DNA of 64,000 nt from Bacteroidota bacterium. Lineage in GTDB: Bacteria; Bacteroidota; Bacteroidia; Bacteroidales; PUMT01. The DNA lies in assembly GCA_003554865.1 (NCBI GenBank), contig PWHJ01000050.1, positions 38,981-102,980 on the forward strand, written 5' to 3'. This document shows, piece after piece, positions 49,642-59,373 of this stretch (its first letter is position 1; every line of letters begins with the position of its first letter). Both the position numbers and the translations under genes were made by a program. The notes beneath the pieces are model-generated. The model was not told the DNA's origin. It saw only the letters and a list, made by a program, of their open reading frames with translations, and made no database searches.

Positions 49642-49764
49642 GTTCCTGTTCCGTCGCGGTTATGCAAGGATAAGGAAAAGTAAATCTTTGTAAATCTTCC
49701 CGCGTATTGCATCTTGAGCTTGAGAGATCCGCTTAAGGTGTGTGTGAATAAAATTAAAAGGAGT

Positions 49765-50589
49765 ATGCCAATTTATAGTGAAAACAGTAAGCTATTATCT
49801 TCCATAAAGGAGCTGAAGGAGGAGCTCGAGAGAAAAAACAGGGAGTTCGACTGCATCAGGTCGGTTTTTCTCTCCAATGTTTCTCACGAGATCAGAACTC
49901 CCATGAATGCAATTGTCGGTTTTGCAAATTTGCTGGCGGATGATGATATGAGTGTAGAGGATAAAAAGGAATTTATTCGCCATATCAATGATAACAGTGA
50001 AATGCTCCTGAGATTGATAGATAATATGATAGATCTGACAATGCTGCAGTCGGGAAAAATTAAGCTTGAAAATAAAAGTTTCTCCATTAACTCGTTAATA
50101 GATGAGCTTTGCAGTGATTACAGGAATTCTGAAACTGTCAGAAGCAAAGGATTGCAGATAATGACCTCGGCAAAGCGGGACAACCCCGCGGAAGCTGTAA
50201 GTGATCCGCGCCGCCTTAAATCTGCAATGCAGCATCTTATAGACAGCGCCATAAGGAATACCCAGGAAGGATTCGTCAAGTTCGGTTACTTCATGGAAGA
50301 AAACAGCCTTCACTTTTTTATAAGATATACCGGATGTGCATTTGATCTTGACGAATTTCAGGGAGATCCCGTAGATGCTCAGGATTATACGGGAAGTATG
50401 AACAACTCCGGCCTTTCGGTTGTAATTGCAAAAAGTATTGTGGAGATAATGAGAGGCAGTGTGTGGAGTGAAAACGGGATAAAAGATCATCCTGCACTGC
50501 ACTTTACAATACCTTTTAAAAAGAGTACAGGATTAATGAACAGGTTCTATAAACTTGGAATTAAAACACGAAAAAATATAGCAATTTAA
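49765..50589 (+). CDS. Soluble histidine-kinase-like protein (HisKA plus degenerate HATPase domain)
   Basis: It has a coiled-coil N-terminus and an H-box (SNVSHEIRTPMNAIVGF). An N-box-like segment (HLIDSAIRNT) is present. The G1/G2 boxes are replaced by RYTGCAF and NNSGLSV. There is no TM segment. The ORF track begins at TTG 49714, and ATG 49765 is the first Met. Confidence 0.7.
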   Translation: MPIYSENSKLLSSIKELKEELERKNREFDCIRSVFLSNVSHEIRTPMNAIVGFANLLADDDMSVEDKKEFIRHINDNSEMLLRLIDNMIDLTMLQSGKIKLENKSFSINSLIDELCSDYRNSETVRSKGLQIMTSAKRDNPAEAVSDPRRLKSAMQHLIDSAIRNTQEGFVKFGYFMEENSLHFFIRYTGCAFDLDEFQGDPVDAQDYTGSMNNSGLSVVIAKSIVEIMRGSVWSENGIKDHPALHFTIPFKKSTGLMNRFYKLGIKTRKNIAI

Positions 50590-50618
50590 AAATATAACCG
50601 TTTCATATTTTATTTGTT

Positions 50619-50698
50619 AAGGTTGCCGGCAAGTTTTTCCATGAGTTGTCTTTCCGTTATCAGCACTCGCCTGATTTAATGCCGGCAACCTTTTTTTT
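50619..50698 (+). terminator. 13-bp inverted repeat with a 48-nt loop, followed by T8
   Basis: AAGGTTGCCGGCA (50619..50631) pairs with TGCCGGCAACCTT (50680..50692), followed by TTTTTTTT. It lies between the HK-like gene and the PCAT gene. Confidence 0.4.
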
Positions 50699-50764
50699 CC
50701 CAACAGTTGGATTTTTCAAAAATACCTGACTATATTTAGCCTCAAATTATTTCAGTTTTCATAA

Positions 50765-52957
50765 ATGGGCTTTCCGCATTATAAGCAACCCGATGCAATG
50801 GATTGCGGTCCTACCTGCCTGAGGATGGTGGCCGCATTTTATGGTAAACGATACTCCCTGGCAACTCTTCGCGACAGGAGCTATATAACGCGCGAAGGTG
50901 TCAGTCTTCTCGGTATCAGTCAGGCCGCCGAAAGTATAGGTTTCAGGACCCTGGGAGTTAAGCTAACTTTTGAGCAACTCACCCGCGAAGCCCGGCTTCC
51001 TGCGATTGTTCACTGGAATCAGGACCACTTTGTTGTACTCTTTAAAGTCACCGGCAAAAAGGGGAGAGAAAAGCTTCATGTGGCGGATCCCGCCGGGGGG
51101 ATTGCCCGGTTCACCCGTGAGGAGTTTATGCGTTGCTGGGCCTCAACTGCAGAAGAGGATCGCGAAAAAGGGATTGTCCTGCTGCTTGAGCCGACACCTG
51201 ATTTTCATGCGGCTGAAGATGACAAAAAAAACAAATCTTCTTTCGGCTTTCTCTTTTCTTATCTCTCCCCCTACAGGAAGCTGGTTGTTCAGCTTTTTCT
51301 GGGTCTGCTCCTGGGCAGTTTGCTGCAGCTAATATTTCCTTTTCTCACGCAAAGTATTGTCGACTACGGTATAGGGAACCAAAATATCAGCTTTATCTAT
51401 CTGGTTCTCATTGCACAATTGGTGCTGACAGTCAGCAGGGCTTCGGTCGACTTTATACGCAACTGGATACTCCTGCATATCGGGGTGCGTATCAATATAT
51501 CACTGATATCAGACTTTCTTATTAAGCTAATGAGATTGCCCATGAAATTTTTTGATACAAAGCTCACGGGCGATCTTCTTCAGCGTATAGGTGACCACAG
51601 GCGTATAGAGACTTTCCTTACGGGCACTACACTCAGGATACTTTTCTCCTTTGTAAATCTTTTCATATTCGGACTGGTTCTTTTGTACTACAACAGGCTT
51701 ATTTTTGCAGTTTTTTTTATCGGCAGCGCATTGTATGCCGGGTGGGTATGGATATTCCTGAAAAGAAGGGAGGAACTCGACTATAAAAGGTTTACACAGC
51801 AATCGGCGCACCAAAGCAACCTTATTCAGCTTATACAGGGCATGCAGGAAATAAAGCTGCAGGGTTGCGAACAACAAAAAAGGTGGGAGTGGGAACAGAT
51901 CCGTGCACGGCTTTTCCGGATCAGTGTAAAGGGACTGGCTCTGAGGCAATATCAGCGATCGGGGGCACTTATTTTGAATGAGATGAAAAATATCTTTATT
52001 ACCGTGATAGCGGCAACTGCAGTGGTGGAGGGGACAATGACGCTGGGAATGATGCTTGCCGTGCAGTATATAATCGGACAACTTAACAGTCCAATAGAAC
52101 AGATCATAGGCTTTTTCAATACAACACAGGATGCAAGGATCAGTCTTGAAAGGCTTGGTGAGGTACATAACCGTCCCGATGAAGAGGATCCCGGGGAGTC
52201 CAGAATACAGGAAATACCCCCTGCGGCATCGCTGAAGGCAAATTCGCTTTCATTTCAGTATGAGGGACCGGAATCTGAAATGGTGCTTGACGATGTCTCT
52301 TTTACAATTCCTAATGGCGGCCAGACAGCCATAGTGGGAACTTCGGGCAGCGGAAAAACCACCCTTATCAGGCTTTTGCTGGGATTTTACCCGCCGGTAA
52401 AAGGGGAGATACTCCTGGGTAATAACCGGCTGGATGTGTTCAGCTTGAGAATGTGGCGAAGAAATTGCGGAGTGGTAATGCAGGACGGATATATCTTTTC
52501 CGATACAATAGCAGGCAACATTGCACCGGGTGAGGAAAAAATTGATAAGGTGAGGCTGCTCGATGCTGCGCGTACGGCAAATATATCCGATTTTATCGAG
52601 GAGCTCCCCCTTGGATACAATACAAAAATAGGAAGTGAGGGCCACGGACTCAGTCAGGGTCAAAAACAAAGACTTCTGATTGCAAGAGCCGTCTACAAGG
52701 ATCCCTCCTATATCTTTTTCGACGAGGCTACCAATGCTCTGGATGCCAACAATGAAAAGGTTATCATGGAAAACCTGCAGGAGTTTTTCAAAGGGAAAAC
52801 GGTGGTTTTTGTGGCTCACAGGCTTAGCACCGTCAAGAATGCCGACCATATAGTAGTTCTGGAAAAAGGAAAAGTAGCGGAAACGGGCACTCATAAAGAA
52901 CTTACAGAAAAACGCGGGGCCTATTATACTCTGGTTAAAAATCAGTTGGAATTGTAA
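50765..52957 (+). CDS. Peptidase-C39-domain ABC exporter (PCAT; bacteriocin-type processing/export ATPase)
   Basis: 730 aa. The C39 active-site context is YKQPDAMDCGPTCLRM (Gln, Cys) and VHWNQDHFVVL...VADP (His, Asp). It has a 6-TM ABC domain, Walker A (GTSGSGKTT), the signature LSQGQKQR and Walker B (IFFDEAT). Confidence 0.92.
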   Translation: MGFPHYKQPDAMDCGPTCLRMVAAFYGKRYSLATLRDRSYITREGVSLLGISQAAESIGFRTLGVKLTFEQLTREARLPAIVHWNQDHFVVLFKVTGKKGREKLHVADPAGGIARFTREEFMRCWASTAEEDREKGIVLLLEPTPDFHAAEDDKKNKSSFGFLFSYLSPYRKLVVQLFLGLLLGSLLQLIFPFLTQSIVDYGIGNQNISFIYLVLIAQLVLTVSRASVDFIRNWILLHIGVRINISLISDFLIKLMRLPMKFFDTKLTGDLLQRIGDHRRIETFLTGTTLRILFSFVNLFIFGLVLLYYNRLIFAVFFIGSALYAGWVWIFLKRREELDYKRFTQQSAHQSNLIQLIQGMQEIKLQGCEQQKRWEWEQIRARLFRISVKGLALRQYQRSGALILNEMKNIFITVIAATAVVEGTMTLGMMLAVQYIIGQLNSPIEQIIGFFNTTQDARISLERLGEVHNRPDEEDPGESRIQEIPPAASLKANSLSFQYEGPESEMVLDDVSFTIPNGGQTAIVGTSGSGKTTLIRLLLGFYPPVKGEILLGNNRLDVFSLRMWRRNCGVVMQDGYIFSDTIAGNIAPGEEKIDKVRLLDAARTANISDFIEELPLGYNTKIGSEGHGLSQGQKQRLLIARAVYKDPSYIFFDEATNALDANNEKVIMENLQEFFKGKTVVFVAHRLSTVKNADHIVVLEKGKVAETGTHKELTEKRGAYYTLVKNQLEL

Positions 52958-52978
52958 AAAATGAGCTTGTAAAAATTT

Positions 52979-54349
52979 ATGGATCAGACAAATGACAAAT
53001 CCAACCTGGAGAAAAAAGCGGAAAAGATCACAATCCGCTCCGAAGAGGTTCAGGATATTCTGGGCACTCCGCCCGGATGGCTGGTAAGATGGGGTATAGG
53101 AGTAATGTTTGCAGCGGTTATGATAGTACTTCTGGGAAGCGGGTTTTTCATGTACCCCGATACGGTGAAGGCCCCGGTTATAATTACAACCGAAAATCCC
53201 CCCTCCGTGATTGCTGCAAGAGCCGGCGGCAGACTGGAAACTATTTTCAATGAGGACGGAAAATCTGTAAACCGTAATGATACTCTTGCAGTGATTGAAA
53301 ACCCGGCAAGCTACAGGGATGTTTTCAGATTGCGCACTATTTTAAAAGAACTTAATTCTAAAGAGAGGCCGGAGGAGTTTTTGTTGAATTTTTCCTTTCC
53401 CGGCGATATGGTCCTCGGTGAGATACAGCCAGCATACAACCGCTTGCTGAAGGCTTCCCTGGAATATCGGCTGTTTGACCGCCAGGATCTGTATGCAAAA
53501 AAAATAGGCGCACTTGAAGATGAGCTGAAAGAGTATGAAGATTATCACAATATTTTGAAGTCAAGGGAAAGGCTTGTATTGGAGGAGCTTGATCTGATCA
53601 GAAAACAGTTTGCAAGGGATTCGGCCCTTTATGCAAACGATGTTATTTCCTCCTCCGACTATGAAAAGGCCCGCTCTGAAGTGCTGGCTGCAGAAAAGGA
53701 GGTGGAGTCGGCCAGGGTGTCTCTTTCAAATGCCGCCGTTACCATTGCCCGGCTTAAACATAATATAACCGATACCATGATGGAGGAGGAGGAGAGACGG
53801 CAGGATCTGCTGACCGAGCTTAACGGCTCACTCAGGCAACTTGAAAGCTCCATAGCCGAATGGGAAAGGAAGTACCTTATGGTTGCAACTACAGACGGTG
53901 TACTGAATTATGTGATGACATGGAGCGAGCTTCAGGAAGTAAGGGCAGGGGACCCGGTTTTCACAGTTGTGCCACGGGAAATGGGAGAGCTTCAAGGCAG
54001 GCTCATTCTTCCCCAAAGAAGGGCCGGGAAGGTTAGTCCCGGACAAAGGGTCAACATAAAGCTCGACGGGTATCCCTTTATGGAGTACGGCATGCTGGAG
54101 GCACGGGTGGAATCTATTTCCAGCGGACCCCTGGAGGGTGGATTCCCTGTAGTATTGTCGCTTACAAAGGGAGCCGTGACTTCGTATGGTTATGAATTGG
54201 AGGTTGTGAGAGAACTTTCAGGGGAGGCCGAGATCACTACCGAGGAGATGAGCCTTCTGGAACGCCTGGTGAGTCCAATACGCCACCTGCTGAGACACCA
54301 TATTCGGGATGCTGAAAATCAGACAAGCGCCGAAAAGAATGTTCGTTGA
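52979..54349 (+). CDS. HlyD-family membrane-fusion/adaptor protein
   Basis: 456 aa. It has an N-terminal TM (WGIGVMFAAVMIVLLGSGFF), a long coiled-coil hairpin and C-terminal beta domains. It lies 21 nt downstream of the PCAT gene. Confidence 0.85.
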   Translation: MDQTNDKSNLEKKAEKITIRSEEVQDILGTPPGWLVRWGIGVMFAAVMIVLLGSGFFMYPDTVKAPVIITTENPPSVIAARAGGRLETIFNEDGKSVNRNDTLAVIENPASYRDVFRLRTILKELNSKERPEEFLLNFSFPGDMVLGEIQPAYNRLLKASLEYRLFDRQDLYAKKIGALEDELKEYEDYHNILKSRERLVLEELDLIRKQFARDSALYANDVISSSDYEKARSEVLAAEKEVESARVSLSNAAVTIARLKHNITDTMMEEEERRQDLLTELNGSLRQLESSIAEWERKYLMVATTDGVLNYVMTWSELQEVRAGDPVFTVVPREMGELQGRLILPQRRAGKVSPGQRVNIKLDGYPFMEYGMLEARVESISSGPLEGGFPVVLSLTKGAVTSYGYELEVVRELSGEAEITTEEMSLLERLVSPIRHLLRHHIRDAENQTSAEKNVR

Positions 54350-54421
54350 TCTTGTTTGTCCGGGTTTTTTATTCTCCATTTAAACTGTATCTTATTTTTA
54401 ACGTTTTACAGTAAATTTTTT

Positions 54422-54429
54422 TATTTTTG
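54422..54429 (+). promoter_or_regulatory. TAnnTTTG -7 box upstream of ppdK
   Basis: TATTTTTG lies 48 nt upstream of the ATG. Confidence 0.45.
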
Positions 54430-54476
54430 AAGGATTATTTTCCCCCGATTTCTAATCAATTTAAAATATATTCAAA

Positions 54477-57206
54477 ATGACAAAAGCGAAATATGTATAT
54501 ACCTTTGGAAACAGGCAGGCTGAGGGTAATGCTGAAATGAAGGACCTGCTTGGCGGAAAAGGTGCAAATCTGGCCGAAATGAGCCGTATCGGTATTCCGG
54601 TGCCGCCCGGTTTTACAATAACCACAGAAGCTTGCGTGCAGTACAACAAAATTGGCAAGGAGGAAATTCTCTCGCTTATAAAGGGGGAGGTTGAAGAGGC
54701 TGTCAAATATGTTGAAGAGATTATGGGTACCAGCTTCGGCACCAACGACAACCCGTGCCTGCTTTCAGTGCGTTCCGGTGCAAAAGCTTCAATGCCCGGT
54801 ATGATGGATACTGTTTTAAACCTGGGAATGAATGACGATGCAGTAAAAGGACTTATAGCCAAAACCGGGAACGAAAGGTTTGCGTGGGACAGCTACAGGC
54901 GATTTATACATATGTACGCTGATGTGGTGATGGGACTCAAGCCGGAAACCAGGGAGGACCAGGATCCCTTCGAGGAAATACTCGAAGACCTTAAGGAGAA
55001 GAAAGGTGTAGAAAAGGATATAGATCTTACTGCGGAAGATTTTAAGCAACTGGTTACCCAATACAAAAAAATAGTAAAGGAGAGATTGGGCAGGGACTTC
55101 CCCACCGACCCGTATGAGCAGCTATGGGGTTCAATTATCGCGGTTTTCGACAGCTGGAACAACCCGCGTGCCACCTATTACCGCAAGCTGAACAATATAC
55201 CCGCCGAATGGGGTACCGCGGTTAATGTACAGGCAATGGTCTTTGGAAATATGGGCAAAAATTCGGCAACCGGCGTAGGCTTTACCCGTGATGCTGCAAC
55301 TGGTGAAAATGTCTTCAACGGCGAATATCTTATAGATGCCCAGGGGGAAGATGTGGTGGCAGGAACAAGAACACCGCAACAGATCACCAGGGAAGGCTCC
55401 CTGCGCTGGGCCAGGCTGGCCGGAGTTCCGGAGGAAACCAGAAAAGAGGAGTACCCCTCTCTGGAGGAGTGTATGCCGGAATTGTACAACGAGCTTTATG
55501 AAATACAGGATAAGCTTGAGCAACATTATAAGGATATGCAGGACCTGGAATTTACCATCCAGGAAGGAAAGCTTTGGCTGTTGCAGACAAGGAACGGTAA
55601 ACGAACCGGTGCCGCCATGGTGAAGATAGCAATTGATATGCACAAGGAGGGACTCATTGACGAGCCAACGGCCGTTCTCAGGTGCACCCCAGCCAGGCTA
55701 GATGAGCTTCTTCACCCTGTATTTGACAATAATGCTCTTCAGAACTCACAGGTGATTGCAAAAGGATTGCCGGCTTCGCCGGGAGCTGCCACGGGTCAGA
55801 TCGTCTTTTTTGCTGAAGATGCTGAAAAGTGGCATGCCCAGGGGAATGACGTATTGCTGGTGAGGGTGGAAACATCCCCTGAAGACCTTAAAGGGATGAA
55901 CCTTGCCAGGGGCATTCTTACCGCCCGTGGCGGTATGACTTCCCACGCGGCAGTTGTTGCAAGGGGAATGGGTAAATGCTGCGTTTCCGGGGCGGGCAAG
56001 CTGCAGATAAACTACAGGGAAAAGACTGTGACTGTTGACGGGAAGGTCTACAGGGAAGGAGACTGGCTGTCGCTGAACGGAACCACCGGAAATGTTTACG
56101 AGGGGAAAATACCCACGATCGATCCCAAACTGACAGGAAGCTTCGGCGAGCTTATGGAGCTTACCGACAAGTTTGCACGTATGCATGTGAGAACCAATGC
56201 CGATACACCCAATGATTCAGGTGTTGCGCGTAATTTCGGTGCAAAGGGGATCGGACTTTGCCGCACGGAGCATATGTTCTTCGAAGGTGACCGTATCAGC
56301 CTTATGCGCCAGATGATACTGGCGGATGATGAAAAGGGGCGCCGCAAGGCCCTGGAGAAACTTCTTCCTGTTCAGCGCTCCGATTTTGAAGGGATATTTG
56401 AAGCGATGCAGGATTTACCCGTTACCGTACGTCTTCTGGATCCGCCGCTGCACGAGTTTGTACCTCATGAGGAGGCAAACCAGGAAGAGATGGCCAAAGA
56501 GATGGGAGTCTCTCCCGAGCATGTAAAAAACAGGGTCAATTCCCTGCATGAGTTCAATCCGATGCTCGGTCACCGCGGCTGCCGCCTGGGCAACACCTAT
56601 CCCGAAATTACCGAAATGCAGGCAAGGGCAATTATCGAGGCGGCAATGAACCTGAAGAAGAAAAATATAAAGGCCATTCCCGAAATAATGATACCCCTTA
56701 CAGGTACCGTTGAGGAGATGGAAATGCAGGAGCGGATCGTACGCAGTACAGCCCAGGAGGTTTTCGAAGCTTACGGCGATACTATTGAATACCTTGTAGG
56801 TACAATGATCGAGGTTCCTAGGGCTTGCCTTACGGCCGACAAGATTGCCGGCGCAGCGGAATTTTTCTCTTTCGGGACGAACGATCTGACCCAGATGACC
56901 TACGGATATTCAAGGGACGATGCAGGCCCGTTCCTGGAGGTGTACCTTCGCGAAGGTATTCTCAGGGATGACCCGTTCCAGGTGCTGGACCAGGAGGGTG
57001 TGGGACAGCTTGTGGATATGGGTGTCCAAAGGGGAAGAAAAGCCAAAAAGGATCTTAAAATTGGCATATGTGGCGAACATGGGGGCGAACCTTCATCGGT
57101 GGAGTTTTGTCACCGTGTGGGAATGGACTATGTCAGCTGTTCCCCGTACAGGGTGCCTGTGGCCAGACTGGCTGCCGCTCATGCGGCTATTAAGGATATG
57201 GTCTGA
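54477..57206 (+). CDS. ppdK: Pyruvate, phosphate dikinase
   Basis: 909 aa. It has a phosphohistidine motif (GGMTSHAAVVARGMGKCCV) and a PEP-utilising C-terminal domain (GICGEHGGEP). Confidence 0.97.
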   Translation: MTKAKYVYTFGNRQAEGNAEMKDLLGGKGANLAEMSRIGIPVPPGFTITTEACVQYNKIGKEEILSLIKGEVEEAVKYVEEIMGTSFGTNDNPCLLSVRSGAKASMPGMMDTVLNLGMNDDAVKGLIAKTGNERFAWDSYRRFIHMYADVVMGLKPETREDQDPFEEILEDLKEKKGVEKDIDLTAEDFKQLVTQYKKIVKERLGRDFPTDPYEQLWGSIIAVFDSWNNPRATYYRKLNNIPAEWGTAVNVQAMVFGNMGKNSATGVGFTRDAATGENVFNGEYLIDAQGEDVVAGTRTPQQITREGSLRWARLAGVPEETRKEEYPSLEECMPELYNELYEIQDKLEQHYKDMQDLEFTIQEGKLWLLQTRNGKRTGAAMVKIAIDMHKEGLIDEPTAVLRCTPARLDELLHPVFDNNALQNSQVIAKGLPASPGAATGQIVFFAEDAEKWHAQGNDVLLVRVETSPEDLKGMNLARGILTARGGMTSHAAVVARGMGKCCVSGAGKLQINYREKTVTVDGKVYREGDWLSLNGTTGNVYEGKIPTIDPKLTGSFGELMELTDKFARMHVRTNADTPNDSGVARNFGAKGIGLCRTEHMFFEGDRISLMRQMILADDEKGRRKALEKLLPVQRSDFEGIFEAMQDLPVTVRLLDPPLHEFVPHEEANQEEMAKEMGVSPEHVKNRVNSLHEFNPMLGHRGCRLGNTYPEITEMQARAIIEAAMNLKKKNIKAIPEIMIPLTGTVEEMEMQERIVRSTAQEVFEAYGDTIEYLVGTMIEVPRACLTADKIAGAAEFFSFGTNDLTQMTYGYSRDDAGPFLEVYLREGILRDDPFQVLDQEGVGQLVDMGVQRGRKAKKDLKIGICGEHGGEPSSVEFCHRVGMDYVSCSPYRVPVARLAAAHAAIKDMV

Positions 57207-57250
57207 TTGACAGTGTTTAATTAACAGCTCTTTTAAGATATAAAATTCAA

Positions 57251-57284
57251 GGCGGTACTTTCTCCCGGTACCGTCTTTTTTTTT
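57251..57284 (+). terminator. Rho-independent terminator after ppdK
   Basis: GGCGGTAC-9 nt-GTACCGTC stem (one G-U pair) followed by T9. Confidence 0.75.
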
Positions 57285-57318
57285 ATTGATATATTGTGTT
57301 TTAGTGTAACAGATTTGT

Positions 57319-57326
57319 TATTTTTG
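57319..57326 (+). promoter_or_regulatory. TAnnTTTG -7 box upstream of pckA
   Basis: TATTTTTG lies 34 nt upstream of the ATG. Confidence 0.45.
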
Positions 57327-57359
57327 AAAAAAACCTAACCGTAAAATATAATTTCTGTT

Positions 57360-59003
57360 ATGAGCGAAAGTGAGTTACTTAAACCATTAAAGGTCAATTT
57401 GTCGGCCTACGGCATTCAAGACCCCGAAAAAATCTACCACAATCTTTCCTATGATGATCTTTTCATTCACGAGACAGATCCCTCTCTTGAGGTATTTGAA
57501 AAAGGATTTGTAACCAACAAGGGAGCCGTGGCGGTTGATACCGGAGAATTTACCGGACGCTCGCCAAAAGACAAGTACATTGTAAGGGAACCCTCCTCGG
57601 AAAAGAATATATGGTGGAAAACCCCCGAGCGAAAGAGTTCCGACAATAAACCCATCTCACCTGAAATATGGGAGCATCTGAAAAAACTTGCCCAAAAACA
57701 GCTCTCGGGCAAAAAACTCTATGTTCAGGATGCCTTTGCCGGGGCAAATCCAGATACGCGGATAAGAATAAGGGTGATTACCGAGGTGGCCTGGATGGCC
57801 CACTTTGTGAAAAATATGTTTATAAGGCCCACCGACAAGGAGCTAGAAGATTTTGAACCCGATTTTGTAATGCTCAATGCCTGTAAAACCACCAACCCGC
57901 AATGGAAAGAGCAGGGCCTGAACAGTGAAGTGTTTGCGGCTTTCAATATAGGTGAAGGTATGGCAGTTGTCGGCGGTACATGGTATGGCGGGGAGATCAA
58001 AAAAGGTTTTTTTTCCATTATGAACTATTTTCTGCCCCTGCAAAATATTGCATCGATGCACTGTTCGGCAAATATGGGTAAAAGAGGGGATACTGCCATA
58101 ATGTTCGGCCTTTCCGGAACGGGCAAAACAACACTTTCTGCAGATCCCAAGCGGAAGCTTATAGGCGACGATGAACACGGATGGGATGATGACGGCATTT
58201 TTAATTTTGAAGGGGGATGCTATGCAAAAGTGATCAACCTCAGCAAGGAGAATGAACCTGACATTTACAATGCCATTAAAAGGGATGCTTTGCTTGAAAA
58301 TGTGGTTTATGATGAAAAAACCGGTGAAATTGATTTCACAGACAGCTCAAAGACAGAGAACACCCGTGTGTCTTATCCCATTTACCACATTAAAAATATT
58401 GTAAAGCCTGTTTCAAAAGGAGGGCATCCGGAAAGTATAATCTTTCTTACATGTGATGCATTCGGTGTTTTGCCTCCCGTTGCGAAGCTGACGCGCGACC
58501 AGACAATGTACCATTTCCTGAGCGGATACACTGCCAAAGTGGCGGGCACAGAACGCGGCATTACAGAGCCCAAGCCCACTTTTTCCGCAGCTTTCGGTGC
58601 AGCTTTCCTTCTTTTGCACCCGACCGTCTATGCAAAAGAGCTTGCCAGAAAGATGGAAGCGCACAACTCGAAGGCATATCTGGTCAATACCGGCTGGACA
58701 GGGGGAAGCTACGGTGTTGGAAAGCGTATTGACATACCTTCAACCCGCGCGATAATTGACGCAATACACGAGGGCTCAATACTTGAAGCGGAATTTGAGA
58801 CAATGCCGGTTTTCAACCTGCAGATACCAAAATCCCTGAAGGGAGTTGATTCCCGTATTCTCAATCCGCGTAATATGTGGGAGAACAAGGATGAATACGA
58901 TCGCACGAGTGTAGAACTTGCAAAGAAATTTATAGCCAATTTTGAGATGTTCACCGACTCGGAGGAGGGAATGCGCCTGATTTCGGCCGGACCGAGCATT
59001 TAG
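57360..59003 (+). CDS. pckA: Phosphoenolpyruvate carboxykinase (ATP)
   Basis: 547 aa. It has the kinase-1a motif ([12 protein letters not shown]) and matches the ATP-type PCK throughout. Confidence 0.97.
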   Translation: MSESELLKPLKVNLSAYGIQDPEKIYHNLSYDDLFIHETDPSLEVFEKGFVTNKGAVAVDTGEFTGRSPKDKYIVREPSSEKNIWWKTPERKSSDNKPISPEIWEHLKKLAQKQLSGKKLYVQDAFAGANPDTRIRIRVITEVAWMAHFVKNMFIRPTDKELEDFEPDFVMLNACKTTNPQWKEQGLNSEVFAAFNIGEGMAVVGGTWYGGEIKKGFFSIMNYFLPLQNIASMHCSANMGKRGDTAIMFGLSGTGKTTLSADPKRKLIGDDEHGWDDDGIFNFEGGCYAKVINLSKENEPDIYNAIKRDALLENVVYDEKTGEIDFTDSSKTENTRVSYPIYHIKNIVKPVSKGGHPESIIFLTCDAFGVLPPVAKLTRDQTMYHFLSGYTAKVAGTERGITEPKPTFSAAFGAAFLLLHPTVYAKELARKMEAHNSKAYLVNTGWTGGSYGVGKRIDIPSTRAIIDAIHEGSILEAEFETMPVFNLQIPKSLKGVDSRILNPRNMWENKDEYDRTSVELAKKFIANFEMFTDSEEGMRLISAGPSI

Positions 59004-59015
59004 TCCTTTTTTTGG

Positions 59016-59055
59016 GTTTAACCGGCACGGCAGGTGCTGCCTATGCCGGTTAAAC
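59016..59055 (+). terminator. Extended stem-loop after pckA
   Basis: The outer 12-bp stem is GTTTAACCGGCA/TGCCGGTTAAAC and the inner stem is GGCAG/CTGCC. The trailing T tract is weak. Confidence 0.5.
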
Positions 59056-59373
59056 TTATATCAGGTGTATTTTTTTGGACTTGTTGCCTTTGAGCGGCCA
59101 CCTGCCTTACCGGTAAAGAATTTTCAGCTGCAGCCGGCAGTATTCAAAGAGCAGGATATATATGCGGATTAGTTTTTCAAGGATTCCCCGCTAAAATATT
59201 TCTTCTCTCTTATTCGTAGTATATTTTGATTTTATTTGGGTTTTTTATAAATTGCTGATAATACACAGCCAGGATCTGCCATGAGTAAATCCCGTAATTT
59301 TTTACAATAACTGCCAGGCAGGTATAATTTTTTAGGTTATAAAAAAGGTAATCTAAAATCAGGAGGGAATGAT

